NCBI RefSeq assembly: GCF_018350175.1
Contig: NC_058368.1
Span: forward strand, 182,530,001 to 182,594,000
Origin: Felis catus
Taxonomy: Eukaryota
Reading direction: 5' to 3'
Length of the DNA stretch: 64,000 nucleotides
Positions 38,577 to 50,237 of the stretch are shown here, piece by piece. The stretch's first letter is position 1, and the number at the start of each line of letters is the position of its first letter. Below the pieces are notes generated by a model. It ran no database searches. It worked only from the letters and a program-made list of their open reading frames with translations, and had not been told where the DNA came from. Made by a program: the position numbers and the translations under genes.

Positions 38577-39552
38577 AAAATTAATCATTTTTAAATGCAA
38601 GATAGGAAAATATCATAACGATAATTTCTGAAATGTGTTAAAATTAGCGTTTGCTGAGTTTTGATTTTTTCTTGTCACTTAATAAAAATATTGCATTTAA
38701 AGTTTTTCCTATGTTCTATCAAATTCTGTTTATCTCATAAAAATGTTTTAAATACAGACAGCTGTAAATGAACAGCACTAATTCTTATTTATTTTTACAT
38801 GTTCTTTGCCAGTCTTTGTAACAGTTGATATTTAACATTTAAATTTGAAAAGAAAGCATAAAAATTTACTATTTCTCAAAAATAGGATAGAGATTTAGTT
38901 TTACTGTGAAAAATATGGAAACATGTCAGAGCCATATTGTTCATTTACAAATCACAAACACCATATTCACATTTTCTCCTTTAGGAAAATTAATAAACTT
39001 TTGTGTTTTTGCTCAAAATATATTAATGAATTAAAATTAGGAATCAAGCCCATTTTTTTTTCCTTAGGAGTATTGGATTTAACACTGGTATCAAATATTT
39101 CATTTTGCAAATGCACTATTTCATATAAATGCTTTTACTATTAATGAAAAAGGGTCATATGCTACTTTTTAGTTTGAAGAAAATTCAAATTTCACAATGT
39201 AGACACTTCTCTTCCTGGACATTATAAGAAATTAAAGTATGCATTTACCTGCCGGTGGGCATTTTACTCTACCCTACAGCCCTAAACCCTATCAGGAATA
39301 TCACAGAGTTCTTTGATACTTATAGATATGTTTCAGATTATGTGGGAAATGCAAATAATGAATGTCAAGGTTATTAAACATTCTTATTTTTCATTCTCAT
39401 TAAACATTCTTGAATTCAAAACAGCACTAGTCAACAAGAGGGGAGAATACTTCCCATGATCCTATTTCATGTTTCTGTGTATGACAAGGCCATTCTCATT
39501 CTACTTTGTCATATTTTATATTAATATCTTAAAAATTGTGAAGCTTACAATA

Positions 39553-39857
39553 AGTCTCACAAACACAAAAACCTATAGGGTCATGTAGATATCGTACATA
39601 AATGAAGTGTGGATGTAAATAACTGAGGACCGTGGTAAGGAGGGTGACCGGGCTCTCTACACAGGCAGAGGGCAACCAGGTTGTCATAGTACTTCTAGAA
39701 CTTTCACTTTTTCAAAAGAGGCAGAATATGCACATTTTCATGAAAATATTTTGATGTTGAAAATAAATGTTCAAAAATGTTAGATGGTGTGCAAGCTAAA
39801 AAGAATCCACCTTGTAATAATGCAATGTCATCTGTGAAATACCAGTTTACAACCTGT
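39553..39857 (+). mobile_element. hAT-Charlie MER102-like
   Basis: CACAAACACAAAAACCTATAGGG...AAATGAAGTG...TTTTTCAAAAGAGGCAGAA...ACCAGTTTACAACCTGTG. Confidence 0.65.
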
Positions 39858-40026
39858 GAAATAAAAGTGTGTTTCTTAATTTACCTCATAGGTAGTACAT
39901 TAAGTGAGAGATTTTATCACTTTCTTTTGTAATGACAAAAAAAAAAAAAAAAAGACACAGAGGAACCTAAGGAGTTGAGTTCATCATATAATTCTATCTA
40001 GGTCCTGTACTCAAATCTTCTGATTC

Positions 40027-40072
40027 CCTTTCTTTAATTTTTTTAATGTTTATTAATTTTTTAACGTTTATT

Positions 40073-40129
<57 letters not shown>

Positions 40130-40503
40130 GGGAGGGAGTGCAGAGGGAGAGAGACACAGAATCGGAAGCAGGCTCCAGGCTCTGAGCTGTCAGTATAGGG
40201 CCCCATGCGGGTGTCAAACTCACAAACCGTGAGATCACGACCAAAGCCAAAGTCCAACGCTTAACCGACTGAGCCACCCAGGCGCCCCTAATGTTTGTTT
40301 ATTTTTGAGACAAAGACAGAGAGAGACAGAGAGAGAGCATGAGCAAGAGAGAGAGGCAGAGAGAGAGGGAGATGCAGAATTCGAAGCAGGCTCTAGGCTC
40401 CAATTTGTCACCACAGAGCCCGATGCAGGGATCGAACCCAACTGTGAGATCATGACCAGAGCCGAGGTCAGATGGTTAACTGACTGAGCCCCCCAGAGCA
40501 CCC
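40027..40503 (-). mobile_element. CanSINE (outer element; body 40289-40503)
   Basis: Perfect 17-bp TSD CTCAAATCTTCTGATTC at 40010 and 40504 brackets both SINEs. Confidence 0.95.
40056..40288 (-). mobile_element. CanSINE nested in the tail of the outer SINE, with long (GA)n
   Basis: Own TSD TAATGTTT(A/G)TT at 40044 and 40289; ends CAGGCGCCCC. Confidence 0.95.
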
Positions 40504-40795
40504 CTCAAATCTTCTGATTCTTAATACAGTGTCCTTTTGTCTAAATCACTGACGTAGGCAGACAGTCTTACAAAAATGGTAACCAATAGAGAGCTAGATC
40601 AGGTTAGGGAACAAAGGTATCTCCAGTCAAATGTTCTTTTTTCTGCTCTTTGTCTTTGGGGTCCATTTGCCTCTAGTCATTTAGTGTGTCACTATTTCCC
40701 CTTATTCATCCTGTTGCAGAATCCATGGTTTAGAAAGAAAATATGGTGAACAAAATTGTGCTAAGAAATACAACATGTATTATTATTAGGTATAA

Positions 40796-40980
40796 TTTTA
40801 ATTTTTTTGCTTATTTATTTTGAGAGAGAGAGAGAGAGAGTGAGAGAGAGAGAATCCCAAGTAGGCTCTACACTGTCAGTGCAGAGCCCAACTTGGGGCT
40901 CAAACTCACAAACCATGACATCATGATCTGAACTGAAATCAAGAGTCTGAAGCTTAACTGACTGAGACATCCAGGTGCCG
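40796..40980 (-). mobile_element. CanSINE (older subtype)
   Basis: GAGAATCCCAAGTAGGCTC...CTGAAATCAAGAGTC...CCAGGTGCC. Confidence 0.93.
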
Positions 40981-43646
40981 TAGCATAATGTGAATTTAAA
41001 AATGGAATGCTAAAGAAAGGCAAATAGTTAACTAAACCAAGTTACATAATGTTTACATTTCAGGCATCTATCAACAGATCAGGCGGAAACCAGGAGTTGA
41101 CAGCAAGATGCATAGAACCACCCAAATTTATGGATGCTGTATTTCCTTGGTGACTGCTATTGGTTGTATTCTATTCTGGGATTGAGTGATGTTCGAGTAG
41201 TTTGAGATTAAAAGAAGTCTTCTAAAGCTACCCTGTATTTTTCTTCCTTATAACCTTTAAAACTAGAAGAAAAGAAAACAGAGACAATGGCAGAGAATTT
41301 CACATAATGACTCATTTGTGTGTTAATTCTAAAGCATCATGGTGCCATAACCTTAACAAATAACATATTAGTAACTCACTTCTTAGTTGTTCTAATTTAG
41401 AGAGTTCTTGGAACATTCTGAGATATACAATATGCCAAGAAAAAGTGGTGCTTACCACATTTCATTGCTAATGGTTGTTACTGTAAAGTTGCAAAAGCTC
41501 TAACTTTTTAAAATCACCCAGGTTCACTACTATAAAGATAATAATTTTGCATTTACTACTGAGCTGGGAAATTTCCCTTATGGTTTCAGAAAAATTTCAA
41601 TGAAATTCAATCCAACTATTAGGAAATATGTCTATTTTGCTTCCTCTTCTCCTTCTTTGTTACTGTGTCCCCTAGATTTTAAGCTTCCTTTTTCTAGTAC
41701 ATACTGATGGATTGTCCAAATGGTACATTATAGTTGTCCTGTGAAGCACATGTGTCCGTATTTAGGACATGAGAAGCAGCCTTAAACCCATTAAGTAATC
41801 TCTTTTTTCAAAGCTTTTAATAAGAAGTATCACAAGATTTTTAATATGTCTTGAGGTAATTGGTGAAACCTCATATTAACAAGTCTAGGTATATTCTCAA
41901 CAGGATTTTTCCCTTTATATAGGTGCAATTCAAAATTAATGTGACTGGGTTTCTTAAGGCATTGTTTAGAAATAAGAATGGAGAGATATCAACATCATGC
42001 CTTATGTCTATATAATATATTCATAATGTTATATATATTTTTATAGATAATGTGTATAATATATAATTTTCCTCCTTTTGCTTAAGCAAAAATAATAAAT
42101 GTAGCCAAACAGAAGATTGCGAATGGTATGGGAAATGATAGTTCACTTCTGAGCTCTGAAAATAATGATGCAGCATGCCAATATCTGTGTTTTCAGCAGT
42201 TTAATCACCTACAGAAGTCATAATTGCTGCATTAATTATGTTCTGAAGCTGACATTTTTGGTTTGACAAAAATATACAGCCACTGGGGAAAAAAAATTCT
42301 TTTCTTCTACCAAGAAAAGTGATAATAAACAAAGCTTTCTAACGAAGGAGACATGTGATTCAGGACAACCACAATCCCAGAAGCAAACAACAAATACATG
42401 TGTATTTTCAACCTGGAGAAGAAATAATAATTTTCTGTAGTTCTTTGAAATTCTCAATCTTAGCAGGGTTTGGGTGCACCAAAATAGAAACAAATTAGGA
42501 AATTAATATCCTCTAAAAATAAACCATCTCTTGAAGTTCAAATCCACTATTTATTAAATTTGTTTAACTAAAATAACTGAGATAGAGTGGATATTTCAGA
42601 TTATGTCTATACCATTAAAATTATCTTGCAATATTACTAGCTTTTGTATAATATGGGCTAATTTACTATATCTTTTAAGCAAATAATGTTTTACAATACA
42701 ATGTTAAAGAGCATTTCATAAAGGAGGTACTTGATAGATACTAATTCTGTCTACCTTTTTAAATAGACATCTACAAAATATATTATGTAGGAGTGAATGC
42801 TTCATCATGTTTCTTCTCTTTGATTTGCCTATTTTTAAATTAAATGTTGAAAGTCAAATTGTTTCAGTTTTTTTTTTTTCAGAAACTTTAAGGCAACTCA
42901 TCCATAACCCAAATATTGGAGTCAATTAGAAAACAATTATCAGGTACCTACACTCTGCCTGACACTTTGTTAGGTATTAAGAAATGTAGACATGTAAACT
43001 GTGTCTCTTCCCTTAAGGAGTTTTCATCTAGTTAGAAAGACAAAAAGCAACAGACAGAAGAAGAGAAAATGTAACATAAGAGTAACAGCTGAGTTTGACC
43101 AGTGCCAGAAATTGATAGCACTGGATTTGTCAATTACCACAACAAATTGATGGGTTACATTACTATTCACTCGTGACATTATTTGTTTTTCTACTCAATG
43201 TTTGGCACTAGTTATAGTCTTACTGGGGGAAAAAAAAGATTTGAAGGCATTTGTTCAAATAATAGATTAACTTGATCATTTGGAGAATGAAGGCAAGTGA
43301 ATGTTCTTAATTTTTTATGGATTATTTATTAAATGGTGGGGGGGAGAAGCGTTTTTCTTTCACGCGATGCTTTGGAAACAATTTCATGAATAATTGTATT
43401 GGCTTTTCTTTCTAAGGATACTTTATAAAATATATAAAGCATTAAAATTCCAGAAAAGTCTGTTAGTCTTAAAAATCACACGTTAAATTTATCAAGCATA
43501 GTGGAAATGGGGTTGAAGAGACCTCGTAAGACATAACTAAACAACAAAAATAAGAAAAATAATAAAATTTACTTGATACTGTCCTTTTAAAAAGGATATG
43601 TTAAATTCCTAAATGTAAATAAATAGTATTATAAGTAAAGAAATTT

Positions 43647-43878
43647 TGGTTAATTTTTTTAATGTTTATTCATTTTTTAGAGAGAGAGACAGAGTATGAG
43701 CAGGGGAGGAACAGAGATAGAGGGAGACACAGAATTCAAAGCAGGCTACAGGCTCTGAGCTGTCAGCACAGAGCCCGACACGGGGCTTCAACTGGCATGG
43801 GGCTCGAACCCATGAACGATGAGATCATGACCTGAGCTGAAGCTGAAGGTTTAACCAAGTGAGCCACTCAGGTGCCCC
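43647..43878 (-). mobile_element. CanSINE with internal 17-bp duplication
   Basis: Antisense body ending CAGGTGCCCC; short TSD AAGAAATT. Confidence 0.95.
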
Positions 43879-44195
43879 AAGAAATTCATTTTAAAAATAA
43901 AAAGATGTAAGCTATTTGATGAAAGAACAATATAAGGAAGGGTTGAAAATGCTAATTATGGAGGTAAGGAGAAAATGCTCAAAGACGGGGAAAGTGTTCA
44001 ACACCTCTAAGAAAGACCTTATAGGCAAAACTGAACAACCAGAAGATATGAGCATGTGGACAGTATTCAATTCCTCCTTGCTTCATTCAGCTTTGTAAGT
44101 GTACTTTGCATTCAGCTACTGTTATGTGGTGATAAAAATCAGTAACTTGCCAGAAAAACTGTTTATGGACCACTGTAACTCCACATAAAGATGAC

Positions 44196-44885
44196 AGCAT
44201 TCCTTAAGTGAAATAAGGCAGAAAGAGAAAGACAAATACTTCATGGTGTCTCTTATATGTGTAATCTACCCCCCCCCCCACCCCAAAATCAACCTCATAG
44301 AAAGAGAAACAAAAAATAGATAATAGAAGGGTGGTTACTCAGGGCTGGGAGACTCAGAAAAGGGTGAATTGGTAAAGGTTACAAACTCTCACCTAGAAGA
44401 TGAATAAGGTCTGAGGATCTAGTGCGAAACATGACAATTTTGATTGGTAATAATACATTGTATAATTGAAATTTGCTAAATAAGTGAAACTTAGGGGCGC
44501 TTGGGTGGCCCAGTTAGTTAAGGGTCTGACTTCAGCTCAGGTCATGATCTCATAGTTCCTCAGTTCCAGCCCAGCGTTGGCCTCTGTGCTGACAGCTCAG
44601 AGCCTGGAGCCTACTTCAAATTCTTTGTCTCCCTCTCTCTCTAAAACTCCCCTGCTCGTGCTCTGTCTCTTTCTTAACAACAATAAACATTAAAATAAAA
44701 TTTAAAACAGTGAAACTTAGGTGTTCACCAACACACAAAAAGGTAAATATGTGGGGTGATAGATGTGTTAATTAACTTGATGGTGGGAATCCTTTCACAA
44801 CATATATGTATATCAAATCATCATGTTGTATACTCTAAATATATTACAATTTATATGCCAATTATACCTTAATTAAGCTGCCAAA
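44196..44885 (+). mobile_element. L1 3' UTR (L1MA9/L1MB-like), interrupted by a CanSINE
   Basis: TAAGTGAAATAAGGCAGAAAGAGAAAGACAAATAC...GTGATAGATGTGTTAATTAACTTGATGGTGG...CAATTATACCTTAATTAAGCTG. Confidence 0.9.
44494..44708 (+). mobile_element. CanSINE inserted in L1
   Basis: GGGGCGCTTGGGTGGCCCAG head; TSD AGTGAAACTTA on both sides. Confidence 0.96.
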
Positions 44886-46320
44886 GAAAAACAGCATTTC
44901 TCTATTTACCCATCATTAGTGACTTATTTTACATTACAAAAACTTATCCTAGAAGCACAAACTTCAACTGCATTAATAAAACATATATATTATATTTAGA
45001 TTATCAAAGGGATATTTTTCCTTTTTTAAATGAACACTTGGATACTAATATTCACAAAAAAATGTTTAAATTTTTTTCACAAACTAATGGAGAATATACT
45101 AAAATATTTAAGACAAAACTAGTGTAAATATTGAGAGACACAAAATGAAACTTCTAGATTATTGACCGTAATATTATTTTTCTGTCTTCATTGGCCTTGC
45201 TTACAATGCTTTCTGTGCCTTTGCTAGGCTAACAATTTCTTACTTATTTTACAAGAATCTTCTTCTCATCAAGAATTGCCTCCTTATAAAGAATCTTTTC
45301 CGTGAAGCTTACTTTGACTATCCACAGAAAGATTATTCACATCTTTGACCAACGACTGTACTTTGTCTAGATAATTTTGGATATGTGTTTAAATGTGAAT
45401 GGTTTGATGAATCAAATGCATTATTTTAGTTATCAAAATTAGAGCTTTCCTGGTGTGTACTAAGTGTTAAATACACATATGATGATTAAACAAGGAAGTA
45501 CTCACCTCTGTCTAGGAGATGTGGGGATGGTTTAAAATAAAAAGTGAGTAATTATTCTGGTTCCTGCAGAATGAATTCAGGGACTGAGAAACATACAGGA
45601 GATTATTATAGGCAGTGGGGATAGTTAACCAGAAGCCACAATGACATTAATTATGGTCATATCAGTTGTAGTACAGTTAAAATGCAGGAAGCAAAACAGA
45701 AACAATGAAAGGTACAATGATAATGGCTACAACTGTATGGCCACAGCAAAGCATTCTCTCATCTGCACGGTCCTATGGTGGAATTTGTGGCATTGCTACT
45801 AAAAGTTCAGTCCTGAATTTATTTCAATTCTACATTTTCATAAAAAATTCTTTGAGAGAGACAGACTTATTTTAATAAGCCAAATAATGACCCAGAGCAC
45901 AGTTCTGTTACTCTCAACTAAGAGGCTTGAATAACATGTAAGAGTAGACATTTTTATGGGTGGTATAGTTGTTTTAAAAATGGAAATGTATTTTATAGAC
46001 ATTGATTCATTGCGTTTATATAATGAAACATACCATCCATTTCTTAGTTTCCATAATGTATAAAATTTAAGAGAACATGAATTAACTGAATAGCTTACAA
46101 ATGGTAGTCATTTCAGCAAATCTCTTTAATTAATTTTTATGGAAAATGTGAAAACTGAGGATCAATTCACTATTTTCAACTGTCTTCCTATAACTGTAAT
46201 GAGAAAAAATGGGGTGCCTATAATTATAAGACATGCAGCAGCACAAAGAACACAATACTTTGTCTACTTGGAATACCCCTTCTGTCTTTATTTACCAAAA
46301 CTATCTCAGTCCCCTTCTTA

Positions 46321-46533
46321 AAATAATAATAATAATGATGATTATGATGATGTTTATTTTTGAGAGAGAGAGACACAGAGCATGAGCAGGGAGGGGCAGA
46401 GAGAGTCAGAGGCACAGATTCAAAGCAGGCTCCAGGCTCTGAGCTGTCAGCACAGAGTCCCTCATGTGGCTCAAACTCATGAGCTGTGAGATCACAGACT
46501 CACAGGTTAACAGACTGAGCCACCCAGGCACCC
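46321..46533 (-). mobile_element. CanSINE with trinucleotide-patterned tail
   Basis: Antisense body ending CAGGCACCC; TSD TCTCAGT..CCTT; tail reads (AAT)n/(GAT)n. Confidence 0.93.
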
Positions 46534-47429
46534 TCTCAGTTACCTTTCTAAATGTACTTCAGATACCAGTTCTGTGATACCTTTTTAAGATCCATGGAAG
46601 GAGAGTTAAACAATATCCTTCTTGTGTCTTTAATATTCTATACATACTATACTAAAAACTACTTGCCTTGGCAATTGTTAATTTATAGAACCTACTAAGC
46701 TATTAACTTGTAAATATTATGAATTATTCATCTGTATGTTTTGAATACTTCACAGAGCTCCTGAAACACTAGACCAGCTCAATATGTTTTAAGTAAATTG
46801 AGTGAATGAATGAATGGAATCAATATTTTCAAAGCAATAATGAAAAACACAGGAAATCAACTTCATATCAGAATACAAGTTAAATTGAAATTAAAAAAAA
46901 ACAAATATCACATGACTGTGTTTTGCATGTACTCAAATATATTGATGGCAAAACTAGGGTAGTTCAGAAAAAGAAAAGTTCTGCAACACAGAGCATACTA
47001 ACACTTTCAAATAAGACATACAGGGGAAATTGCCAAAGGGGTGAAGATGTGAGAGAAAAGAAATGAGAGCAAAGTGTGCATAAGAGCTCCAAACCAACCT
47101 GTCCTACCCTCTTCCAGTAATGGCCTTGGGGAGAGACTTGTACAGTTAGAGAACTAGAAGCATCAAATGTCACTATTTCAATCTTTTCTTGCAAAGATGA
47201 AGAGTCAGAGGCCAGGGAGTTTAACTGACTTATCCATATTATTGAAAGGTGGAGAAACCAAGCAGGGAAGCCCAGCTAGAAACGGAATAACCAGAGTTAG
47301 CTTTTCATCCCCAAGTAACAAAAAACAAACAAAACCCCAAACAGAACAAAACAAAACCCAAAACAAACAGACACACAGAAAAACCTTTTGAAGCTATCTT
47401 CTACAACTTTGCTTTTGTTTTCATTGGTT

Positions 47430-47464
<35 letters not shown>
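47430..47464. repeat. (TTG)11 microsatellite
   Basis: Read directly. Confidence 0.95.
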
Positions 47465-47465
<1 letters not shown>

Positions 47466-47574
47466 GGGGCCCAGCTACTCTGCAACTCAAAGGGGCAAGA
47501 TTGCCATGGGAAGTGCAGAGTTAGTAATAGAACTCAGATTTACTGATTTACTGTATTTCCAGTCGACTCTTAGT

Positions 47575-47780
47575 AGAGTAGGTACTTTATGAGCTTTAAA
47601 GTGATAACAATGTGTGTTAGATTCCTGCCATCACTACCTACTATTGTGGACATGCACAATTGCTGCCTAAAGGTCAATCCTAAAATCTGTAAGATGGGAT
47701 TAATTAAGAATGTCTAGCTCATACTGTTGTCCTCAAGAGTTACATAAGAAAATATAGGGCAAGTGGATAAACCGCACCCC
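47575..47780 (+). mobile_element. MIR SINE
   Basis: TTAGATTCCTGCCATCACTAC...AATCTGTAAGATGGGATTAAT...CTCATACTGTTGT. Confidence 0.6.
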
Positions 47781-47911
47781 AGCAGGTACAGTGATGCCAT
47801 GACTCATGAAGGTGGCTCTATAGATAACACATCAGACTCTATAGCCTCTCTGTGTATGGTCAAAGATTCATTAACAAGGACATCACAACTGTGCTGCCTA
47901 TAACAGTCTAA

Positions 47912-48540
47912 GAATAGAACTAGCACGTGATCCAGCAATTCCATTTCCACGGACATATCCAAAGGAAATGAACATTTTCTTGAAGAGATATCTGTACTCT
48001 CATGTTCACTGCAGCATAACTCACCACAGTTAAGGTATGGGAAACAATGTAAGTAGCTGTCAACAGATGAATGGGTCAAGAAACTATAGCATTAAAAAAT
48101 AACTATGTGATATGACCGAGGTGTTAGGTAAGACTACAGTGGTAATCATATTGCAATATATAAGTATGAAATCAACACTTTGTACATCTTAAATTTATAT
48201 GTTCTATGTCAAATATATCTTAAAAGAAGAAAAAAAAGAGAAGAAAAGAAAAGAGGAAGTAAATATATAAATACAGACACGATAATATTATTCAGCCTTA
48301 ACAAAAAGGAAATCCTTTCATTTGCAACAATCGAGAAGGATCTGGAGGTTATTATGCTAAGTGAAATAAAGCAGACACTGAACAAAAAATACTGCATAGT
48401 ATCACTAACACATGAATTTAAAAAAAAAAAAAAAGGAAGAAAGAAAAAAGAAAAAAAGATCCAAATCATAGAAACAGAGAATAGAAAAGCAGTTGCCAGG
48501 GATAAGGAGGAGGAAATAAGGAGAGATTGATAGAAGGATT
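47912..48540 (+). mobile_element. L1 3' region (L1MA/L1_Carn-like) containing a second L1 3' terminus
   Basis: GATCCAGCAATTCC, CATGTTCACTGCAGCAT, GATGAATGG, then AATATTATTCAGCC...ATGCTAAGTGAAATAAAGCAGAC. Confidence 0.88.
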
Positions 48541-49349
48541 TAAAAATAACAAAAAGAATATTGGGAATCTATTAGTGGTTACACTCTCAAGTCCCAATGG
48601 CAAATATACTTCATGTTGATACTTAATTAACAAAGAAGTCAATAGCTACATTCTGAATTTAGAAATAATAATAAAGCTTATTGGTAGGTTATGTTTTCTT
48701 TTGATTATAAGTAGATATGTGGGCTGGGAGCAAAGACGACAATCATATTGTCTTGCCCACCATATTCAAGAGTACCACATTTTTAGCATGCAAATCTTTT
48801 TTCAATCTGATCCCATCGTGCTATTTCAGCCCTTTTCCCATTTTTTCCCCAACAAGGACTTCACACTGGTGATAATTACTAATATGGAAGGTTTCTGAAA
48901 TCGCTAAACCAAATTTTCTGCCATAATAAATCCTGCTCTCTCCTTTCTTTCCAACTGTCTTTTAGCCATTGCCATTAGATGGATACTTTCAAAGAATATT
49001 TTTTTACAGGAGCATTCTTCATGAATCTTGTTGCATTCTTTTGCATACCTGCCCCTATCAGGTTTGTAACCACACTCACTTCAACTTTCATGTCCTACAA
49101 AGCCTCAATAATCTTCACAAACCATATTGAAAAACAAAAAACAAAAAACAAACAAACAAAAAAACAGATCTCCCGTGGGCCCAGGATAGGCTTTCCAGGC
49201 AGTACTTGGTCCGAAGAGAACTTCTTTGTGCAAATTTGTAAAAGATTACATTCTCCAGGCCAACATCTCCAGAGGAGAACATAATGTGGGCTGGACTGGA
49301 ACTCTCTCTTGCTCTTACAACAAAGCACAGCATCCCAGACAGATCCTTA

Positions 49350-49617
49350 TAGTATCAGTCCTGGGTCCAAAACCTTTGGGGCCAAATGTGTTTGAGAATT
49401 CATAAATTTTTAGATTTTAGGAAGGTAATTAGGTGTCTATTTTTGTGCCTTTCATAATACTCTGGCAGGGTTAGAAGTATCATATCATGATCAAACATGA
49501 ATATTTCTTCAGCAAATATGTGAAGAGTCACATAATACAAGACAAACAAAAACTATAAATAGTCTCACGTCAGATAAGGATAGGTTTGCCTCCAAATGTG
49601 AGTCCAGGCAGAGCTAA
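49350..49617 (+). mobile_element. TcMar-Tigger MER46C-like MITE (no normal 3' end)
   Basis: TCCAAAACCTTTGGGGCCAAATGTGTTTGAGAATTC...GATTTTAGGAAGGTAAT...ACTATAAATAGTCTCACGTCAG...GGTTTGCCTCCAAATG. Confidence 0.8.
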
Positions 49618-49808
49618 GAGCTGAAAGTTCTTGTAATTTATGTTCAGATAAAAGTTAACCTAACCTGAACTCATATTTGGTGGCAAACCTGACCTGATCT
49701 GACATGAGGATATTTATAGTTATTAATTAATCTGTAAGTTTCTCAAGAAGATTTGCAATTTATCCATCTTTGTACATCCTTTAGCACCTTCTTAAAAAAA
49801 TGTTTATA

Positions 49809-50017
49809 GGGGTGCCTGGGTGGCGCAGTCGGCTAAGTGTCCGACTTCAGCCAGGTCACGATCTCGCGGACCGTGAGTTTGAGCCCCGCATCAGGCTCTG
49901 GGCTGATGGCTCGGAGCCTGGAGCCTGTTTCCGGTTCTGTGTTTCCCTCTCTCTCTGCCCCTCCCCCGTTCATGCGCTGTCTCTCTCTGTCCCCCAAAAA
50001 ATAAATAAACATTGAAC
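49809..50017 (+). mobile_element. Young felid CanSINE inserted into the tail of an opposite-strand SINE
   Basis: GGGGTGCCTGGGTGGCGCAGTCGG...CAGCCAGGTCACGATCTCGCGG; TSD AAAAAA(T)GTTTATA at about 49795 and 50018. Confidence 0.97.
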
Positions 50018-50237
50018 AAAAAAGTTTATATATTTTTGAGAGAGAGAGAGAGACAGACAGAAAGACAGAGCATGAGCAGGGGAGGGGCAAAGAGACAGGA
50101 AGACACAGAATCCAAAGCAGGCTCTAGGCTCTGAACTGTCTGAACAGAGCCCAACCTGGTGCTGGAATGCATGAACCGTGAGATCATGACCTGAGCCAAA
50201 ATCGGATGTTTAACCAACTGAGCCACCCAGGTGCCCC
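50018..50237 (-). mobile_element. CanSINE (rest of tail at about 49794-49808)
   Basis: Antisense body ending CAGGTGCCCC; diverged TSD TTTAGCACCTTCTT / TCTAGCCCTTTT. Confidence 0.95.

Noticed and set aside
38079..38592. Repeat-spacer-repeat pattern superficially like a CRISPR array
   Set aside because: The repeats are target-site duplications and the spacers are SINEs, in eukaryotic DNA with no cas genes
41064..41185. Acceptor-like TTTACATTTCAG followed by a short open frame (IYQQIRRKPGVDSKMHR...)
   Set aside because: Peptide not recognised, no convincing donor or polyA signal; insufficient support
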